This document shows, in pieces, positions 29,401-37,785 of a stretch of DNA of 64,000 nucleotides. Where the stretch lies: contig JACPYM010000099.1 in the NCBI GenBank assembly GCA_016196035.1, positions 869-64,868 of the forward strand, written 5' to 3'. Source of the stretch: Acidobacteriota bacterium (GTDB taxonomy: Bacteria > Acidobacteriota > Blastocatellia > RBC074). Below the pieces are notes generated by a model. The model was not told where the DNA came from and made no database searches. It saw only the letters and a list, made by a program, of their open reading frames with translations. The first letter of the stretch is position 1. Every line of letters begins with the position of its first letter. Both the position numbers and the translations under genes were made by a program.

Positions 29401-32400
29401 GTTGCTGGCCGCCGTCACTGCCGATTGAACGATCTTGCTGACCGTCAAATTCGACGAAGAGATGACCAGCGTTTGCGTCGGCAACGTGGTGTTATTGGAG
29501 GTGTTCGGATCCGCCGTGCTAAGGCAAGCGCTCGGCGGGAAGACGGGCGGAACAGGACCCGCGTTCGGGCACAGGCCCGAGGTGATGTTCGCCGGATTCG
29601 ACACCAACGTGCCACTCGCGGTTGACTCATTGACCTTCACGAAGAAAGTCAGCGTGCCGTTATAGCCTGCTGGCAGGACGCCATCGGCATACGGGCCAGG
29701 AGCGCCCAAGCCGGTGTTGCCTTGCGGGCGGCAGTAGATGCTCTGCGTGCCCGCCGCCTGCCACACGGTGCAAGTCAGATTGACGTTCGGGCCGAGCGGC
29801 GCGAGGGTGTCAACAGCTTGAATCGTGAAGGTAAACGGTAGGACGGGCGGTTGCGCCGCCGGAACGAAGACGCCGCCGGTTGCCAGCGCGCCGACAAAGG
29901 CCGTGTTGCCCGCGATCTGATCGGTGATCAGAACGTTGATGGCATCAGACGTGCCGTTATTGCCGAAAGGTACATCGTAGCGAATGTAACCACCCGCATT
30001 GACCGAGCCTGGCGGCACGTTCGGGCCAACCACCGGTAAAGGAACGGCTACTAAGGGGCCTGCTCCGTCCGGATCAACCACCGGCACAGCAGATTTGCCG
30101 ATTGCCAAGTCAGCCTGCGTGCGAACAACAGTGCCATCGCAGGATTCGTTGTTGCCACTGGCATTTGTGAGAGCGCCAGCAGGCGCTGCCGGCGGGGCGC
30201 TCACGCCCGGGACGCCGACTGCGGGGTTAGTATTGTCGTGTTGGCCGCCACCGTTCGGATCAATTTCCGGGGTAGTGTCGGTATTGCGCAGCGTAACTTC
30301 AGCGCAGTTATAGAGGTTCGAACCGTCAACCAAATTCGAGTTCGTGTCCACCTTGATAATGATGTCAAGGTTGGCGCCCGCCGGGAAGTTCCCCGCCGCG
30401 CCCGCCGCGTTGTAGCACAGCACTAACGTTTGATTGTTGGCCGGGCCTTGATTCGCCACCGTGCGGCAGGCAAAGCCGCCCGGACCACCCGGCTGAATAA
30501 ATGGATTGGGCACGACGTTGGCCAGGAAAGTTCCCACTGGCAACAAGTCCCACACCACGATTGAACCAGGCAGGCCAGCGTCGCCTAACACATCACTTGG
30601 CCCACGATTGCCAAAGGTCAGCCGAATATCGAACCGCGTACCTGCGATCACGAAATCTGGCGCGTCCTTACGGATGAACATGTCGGATTCGTGCCGCACG
30701 GTCGTCCGCTGCGTCGAGGTCGCATTTTGCGCCACCAACGGGCCGACAACGCCATTGCTGTCAGACCAGTTGATGACTACAGTGTTGAGCAGGCCAGCCG
30801 GATCGTCCGGATTTTGCGGCAGCGCATTCGGCGGCACGCTTGGCAGCACTTTCACCACAATGGTGATGTTGGCTGACGCGCCCGCCGGCAACACACCACC
30901 CGGAATCGCATTGCAAGTCACCACGTTGCCCGCCGCCGAGCAGGAGTTAGCGGCGCTGAAAACGCCGGTTCCCACTGCCGACAGGAACTGCACCTGCGTC
31001 GTAGGCGGCAACGTGTCAACCACGCTGACTGCCTGGGCGTCAGATGGGCCATTGTTGTTGACCGTGATGGTGTAGGTCAGGTTGGTACCCGCCACAACCG
31101 GGTCAGGATTGTCCGTCTTGACGATGGTCACGGCAGAATCCGTCGCGACCGTGGTATTGACCGTGTTGGACGTGTTGTTCGCGGCCACCGGGTCGGACGT
31201 AGCCGAAGCCACAGTCGCACTGTTTGCCAGCACCGCGCTGTTCGCCACATTTGCGCCAACCTTGCCGACGATGGTGATCGTCTCGATGTTGCTGCCGGTT
31301 TGGGGCGGAATAAGCGCTGGCGGATTGACCGCTGGCGCGATCAGATTGGCGATCTTGCAAGTGACCGTGTTGTTGGCGTTCGTGCACGCTGCGTTGCCAC
31401 TGCTGCTCGCCGCCGAAACAAAAGTCACACCCGCCGGTAACGCATCCGTCACCACGACACTCTTCGCGTTCGAGGGGCCATTGTTGGTGACCGTCAGCGT
31501 GTAGGTGATGTTGTTGCCCGCAATCACGCTGGCCGGGCCGGCTTTGGTAATCGCCAGATCGGCGCTGGTGCGCACGATGTTTTGCGTTTCGTTGGAAGTG
31601 TTGTTGCCACCATTCGGGTCAGGCGTGGCCGTACCGCCGGCGTCGCCTTCCGAATTGATGGTGGCGGTATTCTTGATGACCGCCGCGTCCGGAATGTTTT
31701 CCGGCACACGCACGCGGAAGACGATCGTGCCACTCTGGCCCGCCGCCAACACGCCATTGGCCGCCGTCGGCACGCAATCAATTTGATATGTCGCTGACGG
31801 AATGTTGGCAATAATCCCAACGCTACACGTGACCGGCGTTCCGGTCGTGGTGATGTTGGGTACGGCGAAGTTTGGAATCAACAAGGTGCCCGCCGGAACC
31901 ACGTCGCGGATGTGCACATTGCGCGCATCACCCTGCCCGTTGTTGCGGAAGTTGATGGTGTAAAGAATCTCGCCCGTGCCCGTGACAAAGCCTCCGGCAT
32001 CACCCGTCGTGCCGCCCGCCGTCACCGCCGCGCCGAAAACGCCGCCAGCCAGGGTCTCCGCCGCTTTGGTCACAGCCAGATCGGCGCTGGGGCCAATCGG
32101 CGTATTCACAGTCGAAGCGTTATTGGCCGAAACCGGATCTACCGCATTCGAGCCAGCCACAATGTTCACCGTCGCGGTATTAGTAATAAAGCCGCCCGGC
32201 TGACCATTGTTGAAGTTGGCGTTGACGGTCACCGTAAATTTAATTGTCGCCGACGCCCCCGCCGACATCGCCGACGTGGCCGTACAAGGGAAGGCTGTTA
32301 GCGTATTGCAACTGAAGCCCGGCGCATTAATGACCGTGCCGGTCTTCAAAGTCGTGCCCGTTGGCGGGAAAGGCGCGTCATTAACAACGAACTCACCCGC

Positions 32401-34686
32401 ACCAATGTCGCTGGGGCCGACGTTCTTGACCGTAATCGTGTAGTTGATATCCTGACCAGCCAACACCGCATCCGGCGAATCATCTTTGGTGATTTGCAGA
32501 TCGGAGCAATGATTGACCGTCGCCGTGCTGGTCGAAGTGCCGACGGCGATCGTGCCGGTACCAGCAGTCGTGATGGTTGCCGTATTTGCCAGCGCCCCAC
32601 TCGGCGCGGTGGGTGACAGCTTGACCGTGATGTCGAGCGTGCTCTGACCGGTCGGGATGTCCACCGCCGCGCAAGTCACCGTGCCCGGCGTCCCGCCATT
32701 ATGCGAGCAGCCGTGCGCGAACGCCCCCGTGCCATTCAAGCTCAAGAACGTGGTATTGGCAGGCAGCGGATCGCTGATGGTCGCGTTGAGCGCCGTGCTG
32801 GAACCGCCATTGAGGACCGTGATGTGGTAGGTGTAGGTGTCACCCGCACAAACCGTCGCCGGGCCAGCTTTTGTAATCGAAAGCGGCGCATCCACGACAA
32901 GATTCTGCTGCACGCTGGCAGTGTTGGGCAGCACATTGGGAGTAACTTCCTGTGTACCTGACGTCACTGTGGCGGTGTTCGTGCGCACACCGCTGGCGAT
33001 GTTCGCCACAGCCTGGGCTACGATGGTAATTGTGGAAGTGGAAATTGCACCGGTAGCAATATTAGGACCGGGCAAATCGCCTGTGCAGGTGACCGTGCCA
33101 TTCGTGGCAACCGGTGGCCCCGAGCAGGTCAGTCCAAAGCCCGGGAATGACGGATTATTCACGACCGCCACATTCTGGAAGATAATCCCCGGCGGCAGCG
33201 GGTCGGTCACGACGATATTGTGCGCATCCGAGGGGCCGTTGTTGGTCACGGTCAACGTGTAGGCGAACGCCGCGCCGCCATTGGTCGGCGTGGGGTTGCT
33301 GGTGACCTTCGTGATACCCAGATCGGTCTGGGTGATGATCACGTTGGAAGTCGTCAAACTGGTGTTATTGCCCGCATTCGGATCAACCGTCGGCACGCCG
33401 CCGCTAAACGGCACCGCACCACCAATTGTCGGGTTGTTGGGGTTGGAGACGATGCGCGCCGAATTTGAAATCAGCGAGCCGGGATTGGCGTCCGGGCGAA
33501 TGCGCACACGGTAAGCCATAAAGAAACTCAAACCCGCCGGCATCACGTGCGCCGTAAAAGCCGGATTGATCGCCGTGTTCACGCCAGGTGTGCAGGTAAA
33601 GAGATTGCCGATACCGAAGTTGGCGCAAACGATATTGAAGTTGGCCGCCGACGCGGGAGCGGTGCTCACCGTATAAGGAGCAGGTACACCATTGAGAGTA
33701 GTCCCGCCACCAGTCGTAATCGGCCCCGCCACGACGAGATCCGCCGGATTGCCCGGAATCGAATCTTCAAAAACCACATCGCTGGCGTTGCCTGGGCCGT
33801 TATTGCTGAAGGTGACGACGTAAGTCACATTGCCAGTTCCGTTGGTGAATTCGTTAACGGCGTCAACGATGTTTGCCAAGGGCGCGTTGGTGCCACCCGC
33901 AGTGACGGAATTCGCTGGGTTCTGGCTCCCTGGCGGCACCGGCAACACGCGCGAAAGCTTGGTCGCGGCCAAATCCGCCGATGGCGCTACGATGTGCGTC
34001 GTGGCGTTGGAAGTAGCCGTTCCCTCCAAGCCTGCGCCATCATTATCAAATTGGTAGGTGGCTGTATTGGTTAGAACCGTGCCAATAGCCGTCGCGGGTT
34101 GCACCGTCACCTCAGCCCGGATCTTGACAAATTCCTGGGTTGTAAAAGTGTCAACGCCCGCACCAGCGCCATCGCCAGCATTGCACTGAATTGACGCGCC
34201 ACCGCCGAGGATGGTGCAGGACCAGGCGCTGCCAAACTGCGGCTGCTGCTGTATTGTGGCATTCGTAAAAAGCGTCCCGGCAGGCGCTGTATCAATAATG
34301 CGGACAAATCCGCCAGCACCAACAGTCGTGTCGCTGCTCGCGCCATTGGTGGCCTGGATGGTGTAGGCGATTACCTGCCCTTGTCCAACCGCACTGCCAG
34401 ATGCCGGGCTAGCGTCTTTAGTAATAGTGACAGGCGCAAACAGCGCCGCACTCGTCGCCATATTCGCCCCCGCCGCTGATGGCTTGGCCACCGGGCGAAT
34501 AGAAATCGGAGCTAGGGATAGGATTTTTTTCGTGACCGGGTTGGCGCTCATCCGGGTTGCTAGCGCCTGACGTGCGGCGGCAACCTGGCTCAGAGGAGCG
34601 AGAGCAAAGACCAGCCCTGCAACGATGAGGAGTGCGCTGCTAAGCAATAGCGCACGTGTCGCAGTGAATGTGTGTGTAGTTCGCAT
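26467..34686 (-). CDS. Giant secreted or surface DUF11-repeat protein (about 2739 aa, about 14 Ig-like repeats) with a distinct C-terminal domain
   Basis: AAGGAG SD before MRTTH; N-terminal hydrophobic segment; recurring (A/S)DLxITK...YTLTVTNNGPS.A..V.V.D.LP...NTATV...DP...NN. Confidence 0.9.
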   Translation of the reverse strand: MRTTHTFTATRALLLSSALLIVAGLVFALAPLSQVAAARQALATRMSANPVTKKILSLAPISIRPVAKPSAAGANMATSAALFAPVTITKDASPASGSAVGQGQVIAYTIQATNGASSDTTVGAGGFVRIIDTAPAGTLFTNATIQQQPQFGSAWSCTILGGGASIQCNAGDGAGAGVDTFTTQEFVKIRAEVTVQPATAIGTVLTNTATYQFDNDGAGLEGTATSNATTHIVAPSADLAATKLSRVLPVPPGSQNPANSVTAGGTNAPLANIVDAVNEFTNGTGNVTYVVTFSNNGPGNASDVVFEDSIPGNPADLVVAGPITTGGGTTLNGVPAPYTVSTAPASAANFNIVCANFGIGNLFTCTPGVNTAINPAFTAHVMPAGLSFFMAYRVRIRPDANPGSLISNSARIVSNPNNPTIGGAVPFSGGVPTVDPNAGNNTSLTTSNVIITQTDLGITKVTSNPTPTNGGAAFAYTLTVTNNGPSDAHNIVVTDPLPPGIIFQNVAVVNNPSFPGFGLTCSGPPVATNGTVTCTGDLPGPNIATGAISTSTITIVAQAVANIASGVRTNTATVTSGTQEVTPNVLPNTASVQQNLVVDAPLSITKAGPATVCAGDTYTYHITVLNGGSSTALNATISDPLPANTTFLSLNGTGAFAHGCSHNGGTPGTVTCAAVDIPTGQSTLDITVKLSPTAPSGALANTATITTAGTGTIAVGTSTSTATVNHCSDLQITKDDSPDAVLAGQDINYTITVKNVGPSDIGAGEFVVNDAPFPPTGTTLKTGTVINAPGFSCNTLTAFPCTATSAMSAGASATIKFTVTVNANFNNGQPGGFITNTATVNIVAGSNAVDPVSANNASTVNTPIGPSADLAVTKAAETLAGGVFGAAVTAGGTTGDAGGFVTGTGEILYTINFRNNGQGDARNVHIRDVVPAGTLLIPNFAVPNITTTGTPVTCSVGIIANIPSATYQIDCVPTAANGVLAAGQSGTIVFRVRVPENIPDAAVIKNTATINSEGDAGGTATPDPNGGNNTSNETQNIVRTSADLAITKAGPASVIAGNNITYTLTVTNNGPSNAKSVVVTDALPAGVTFVSAASSSGNAACTNANNTVTCKIANLIAPAVNPPALIPPQTGSNIETITIVGKVGANVANSAVLANSATVASATSDPVAANNTSNTVNTTVATDSAVTIVKTDNPDPVVAGTNLTYTITVNNNGPSDAQAVSVVDTLPPTTQVQFLSAVGTGVFSAANSCSAAGNVVTCNAIPGGVLPAGASANITIVVKVLPSVPPNALPQNPDDPAGLLNTVVINWSDSNGVVGPLVAQNATSTQRTTVRHESDMFIRKDAPDFVIAGTRFDIRLTFGNRGPSDVLGDAGLPGSIVVWDLLPVGTFLANVVPNPFIQPGGPGGFACRTVANQGPANNQTLVLCYNAAGAAGNFPAGANLDIIIKVDTNSNLVDGSNLYNCAEVTLRNTDTTPEIDPNGGGQHDNTNPAVGVPGVSAPPAAPAGALTNASGNNESCDGTVVRTQADLAIGKSAVPVVDPDGAGPLVAVPLPVVGPNVPPGSVNAGGYIRYDVPFGNNGTSDAINVLITDQIAGNTAFVGALATGGVFVPAAQPPVLPFTFTIQAVDTLAPLGPNVNLTCTVWQAAGTQSIYCRPQGNTGLGAPGPYADGVLPAGYNGTLTFFVKVNESTASGTLVSNPANITSGLCPNAGPVPPVFPPSACLSTADPNTSNNTTLPTQTLVISSSNLTVSKIVQSAVTAASNPNQTGPIGPGTPPNGAVTTGTAVLPGTFLTYRLTVTNNGPSDVSNIRLTDVLPSGLETPPGRVLGVKYISVTPVLPSGATFTCAAPTGVNPSNNPQGNGGSLVCTAPLLSANTPNNTAAIDVTVFIDPATKANLVDVATFDATINNFNRPVSGSTTLTTPVAPTSDLALTKTHTNAAGVLGGPVTAGTDFEYQVTITNNGTSAAQMVNLVDTIPAFQALKQRDNQGTLVPDIVIETTPDGNGASNFSCVGAADAITDPRATTSTITCTAAELPPNKKPDGTVNPAGTVRFRIRMRQSSLTPQPAPATQNCVTATSMSTDPVPANNTNICDVVPIIFLSPLTATKTDTPDPVIAGNLLTYVITGSPQGPSAALNFTIEDALPTGTVFISAVASAGATLTTPAVNANGTVKAIWNAAGGTDSIPGAPLDGLTPVGTVRTLTIVVRVCPDFQQIRTLTDAQMCVPNLTNNANIYSDTPPNLVGAPIVASATTTVQAQSDLSIAKSGPASAIPNSVVTYTLTVNNAGPSNANGVTVTDLLPKGFTLVPNSVTIAAGVGGGGVGPAAVSTATDAAGSQTVTIGIGVVGAANQCAAPRATQVIITLQALVPKKHPNIIVTNTATVTSTNCLPETGTLAVQANPLSGFASIITPGTLMLANNRAFFDTIIGPPPNDPGPGSVPGYPATAEISDQKAGSILMYPIYTSDAANPNSQNTRMSITNISSAETAYVHLYLVDGASCGVVDIFLCLTPNQTAAFTAADFDPGQTGYVVAVAVDRVTGLPMAYNCLIGDEFVKFSTGHQANLGAEAVAAVMMFPAGTDTTATTATLSFDGMRYNRLPRILALDNLQSRADQNNTLLIVNAVGGNFTRSGATLVSLFGSVFDDGEVQYSFTQSTPTCQFRSLINQNFPRMITRLDTAIPAGRTGWMKFWSTSDIGMFGASINANTAAASNSGAFNQGHNLHKLTLTSASSIVVPVLTPACN

Positions 34687-35010
34687 CGAGACTCTCCTTA
34701 GGAGTTTCAACTGTTAATGGATTGGCAAGCTGCCGCGCAACAGTTTGCCGCTGCCTATTCGATTTTCCGTACTAACAAAACTTTGTGTTTATGAGTTGGA
34801 ACCAGTGAAGTTCGGCGCTTTCACTATCGTGCCCTGGCGCTTCAAATGATCGCTGAAAAGCGCCTCCGTAGCCTTACTCGCCCACCTAATGTGAGACCAG
34901 AATGGTGAAAGTGCGGGGCCAAGATAGCACTAAGATATGATTCCGGCAAATTCTTAGTGCTCATCTCGCAACTTTTTTTGTCGCAAAACAGAATTTTTCA
35001 TTCGGCCTGC

Positions 35011-36675
35011 TTACACCACTTGTTTGCGTTCGCGCGACCCGGCAATTTTCATCTGATCGCGGTACTTGGCCACCGTGCGCCGCGAAAGTTTTTGCCCCTC
35101 GCCCGCCAGCACTGCCGCAATTTGATCGTCGGTGAGCGGACTCCGCGCGTCTTCGGCCTCGATCATCTTTTTGATTTTGAGCTTGATGATACGGGTCGAG
35201 ACCTCCTCGCCGTCGTCGTTGGTCATGCCTTCGGTAAAAAAGCGGCGCAATTCGATCACACCTTGTGGTGTGTGCGCCCACTTGCCGTTGACCACGCGCG
35301 AAACCGTCGAAAGATGCATGCCGATGTCTTCGGAAATATCCTTGAGCATCATCGGGCGGATGTATTCGACGCCCTTGTCCAGGAATTCGCGCTGGCGCTC
35401 GACGATGCGTTCGCAAACCTTATAGATCGTCTGCTTGCGATGCTCGATGTTCTTGAGCAAATCCACCGCTGAACGAAACTTGTCTTTAATATAGTCGCGC
35501 GTCTCTTTAGTGGTCTCTTTGTTTTCCAGCATCTGCCGGTATTGGCGATTGATGCGCAATTGCGGCAGCCCGTCATCGTTGAAGCGAATGACGTATTCGT
35601 TATCAATTTTTTCGATGTAAACCTCGGGCGCGATGTACTGGGTTTCGGGTGGCGCATAACGGCGGCCCGGCTTCGGTTCCAATTGGCGGATGAGCTTGAG
35701 TTCGGCCGAGACGGCTTCAACGGGCACGCCAAGTTTGCGCGCGACTTCAGGCAGCTTGTGGTTTTGCAGTTCGTGAAAATGCTCCCGGATCATGCGGCAC
35801 GCCAGCCGGTCACCATAGCCATGGGCTTTCAACTGTAACAACAAGCATTCGCGCAAATCGCGCGCCGCCACGCCGGTCGGATCGAATTGCTGAACAATTT
35901 CCAAAGCCTGTTGCAGTACTTCGTGCGACCAAGGGCCTGACGCCGCAATTTCATCGAGGGAGCCGTCAACAAAGCCATCCTCGTTCAGGTTACCAATGAT
36001 CGCTTCCGCCGCGCCGCGCACTTCGTCATTGGGCATGATCGTCAACCGCAACTGCCACATCAGGTAATCGTAAAGGCGGTCTTCGGTCTTGAGGAATTGC
36101 TCGAAGGAGGGCGTTTCTTTGACTTCGGTTTCGCGCGTGCGATAGCCGGGGTCCAGGTACTCTTCAAAGGTCGAGCCGAAATCAATCTCGTCAAAGGCGT
36201 CGCGCTGGCCAATCTCAGGCTCGTTCGTTTCAATCGCAACTTCAGGAGCGCGTTCAGCGAACGTTTCGCCCGTGGGCGCAGCACTGTCGCCGTAACTTTC
36301 AGACTCGCCGTACTCTGAGCGGGCATATTCACTGTATTCGGCAGAGGCTTCGTAACTGCTCTCGCCCTGGCGCGTATCGAATTGGGCGGCTTCATAAGCG
36401 TGTTCAGCCGCAGCGGAGGGTAACTCCCCCGTGCCATTCGCTACGCCATTAGCGGCGGCTGGCGAATCGCTAAAATCCACATTAGCCAGATCTGGTGAGA
36501 CGTACACTTCATCCGGCGCCAGTTCTTCCAGCACCGGATTTTCCACCATCTGTTGAGTGACCAGTTCGCTCAACTCAAGCTTGGTCATCTGCAACATCTC
36601 GATGCGCTGACGCAATTGCGGTGTCAGCACTAGCCGTTGCGCAAGATGAGTTGAGAGCGTCGGTTTGAATGACAT
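35011..36675 (-). CDS. rpoN: RNA polymerase sigma-54 factor
   Basis: [44 protein letters not shown], RpoN box SRRTVAKYR. Confidence 0.97.
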   Translation of the reverse strand: MSFKPTLSTHLAQRLVLTPQLRQRIEMLQMTKLELSELVTQQMVENPVLEELAPDEVYVSPDLANVDFSDSPAAANGVANGTGELPSAAAEHAYEAAQFDTRQGESSYEASAEYSEYARSEYGESESYGDSAAPTGETFAERAPEVAIETNEPEIGQRDAFDEIDFGSTFEEYLDPGYRTRETEVKETPSFEQFLKTEDRLYDYLMWQLRLTIMPNDEVRGAAEAIIGNLNEDGFVDGSLDEIAASGPWSHEVLQQALEIVQQFDPTGVAARDLRECLLLQLKAHGYGDRLACRMIREHFHELQNHKLPEVARKLGVPVEAVSAELKLIRQLEPKPGRRYAPPETQYIAPEVYIEKIDNEYVIRFNDDGLPQLRINRQYRQMLENKETTKETRDYIKDKFRSAVDLLKNIEHRKQTIYKVCERIVERQREFLDKGVEYIRPMMLKDISEDIGMHLSTVSRVVNGKWAHTPQGVIELRRFFTEGMTNDDGEEVSTRIIKLKIKKMIEAEDARSPLTDDQIAAVLAGEGQKLSRRTVAKYRDQMKIAGSRERKQVV

Positions 36676-36680
36676 AGGAC

Positions 36681-36722
36681 GTAGTCAGTAGTCAGTAGTC
36701 AGTAGTCAGTAGTCAGTAGTCA
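36681..36722. repeat. Perfect heptamer array (GTAGTCA)x6, 5 nt upstream of the rpoN start
   Basis: Read directly from the sequence. Confidence 0.92.
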
Positions 36723-36751
36723 GTTTCCCAACCACCAAAACGGACATCGGC

Positions 36752-37586
36752 TCAAAGCTTGAATTTCTCACCCAGATAAACCCGGCGAACCTCGGCATCT
36801 TCGGCTAATTCGCGGGGCGAACCGGCCCGGAAGATTTGACCTTCGCTGATGATATAGGCCCGATCCACAATCGAGAGCGTCTCACGCACATTATGATCGG
36901 TAATCAGCACGCCGATGCCTTTATCCCGCAACCGCAAGACCAGTTGTTGCAAATCATCAATCGCAATCGGATCAATGCCAGCGAAAGGCTCATCCAACAG
37001 CATAATCGTTGGCCTGGTCGTCAGGCTGCGCGCAATTTCCGTGCGCCGCCGTTCGCCCCCCGACAGCACATAACCTTTGCTGCGCCGCACATGACTCAAA
37101 TGAAATTCTTCGATCAGTTCTTCCAGCCGCGCCTGCCGTTCCTCATTGGTCATTTTGACGTATTGCAAGATCGCCAGAATGTTCTGTTCGACAGTCAGTT
37201 TGCGAAAGACCGAAGGTTCCTGGGGCAGGTAACCCATACCCGCCCGCGAACGTTTATGCATCGGCAACCGGGTGATGTCCTGCTCCCCCAGTAAAATCCG
37301 TCCGGCGTCCGGCCGTTCCAAGCCGACGATCATATAAAACGTCGTCGTCTTGCCCGCGCCGTTCGGCCCTAACAAGCCGACGATTTCGCCGGGGCCGCAC
37401 CGCCAGGGAAACATTATCCACGACCACTCGCCCGCGATAGACTTTGCGCAGATTTTCAGCGATGAGCGCGTCCGCGAGGGAAACCGTCTTGGGGTGATTG
37501 AGAGCGCCATTCGTATGAGCCACGAGTTCCGCTGGGGCCGCGCTTGTTTCGTTCACCTGCGCCGTTCTAAACAACCTAAAAAACAA
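36752..37586 (-). pseudogene. lptB: LPS export ABC ATPase LptB, split by an apparent +1 frameshift at 37391-37394 (sequence error likely)
   Basis: First frame gives [25 protein letters not shown]; second frame continues [16 protein letters not shown]...[12 protein letters not shown]...LSGGERRR...[11 protein letters not shown]...ITDHNVRE. Confidence 0.85.
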
Positions 37587-37785
37587 TCCGCTGTCCTCTC
37601 TGCTTTATTCGTCTACCGAGTGTTTTTAGCTACTGTGCTAAAGCCCTTGCCTTGCCTTGCCTGCCGCCTCGCCCTACGCCAGGGCAAGCTCGGGAAAATT
37701 CCCGGTGTGTGGTTGCGTGGGTTTGCCCGACTGCTTCCGTGTGAATGGATTCAAAACTGGAAGGCACGGCATCACGCGGTTGCTG

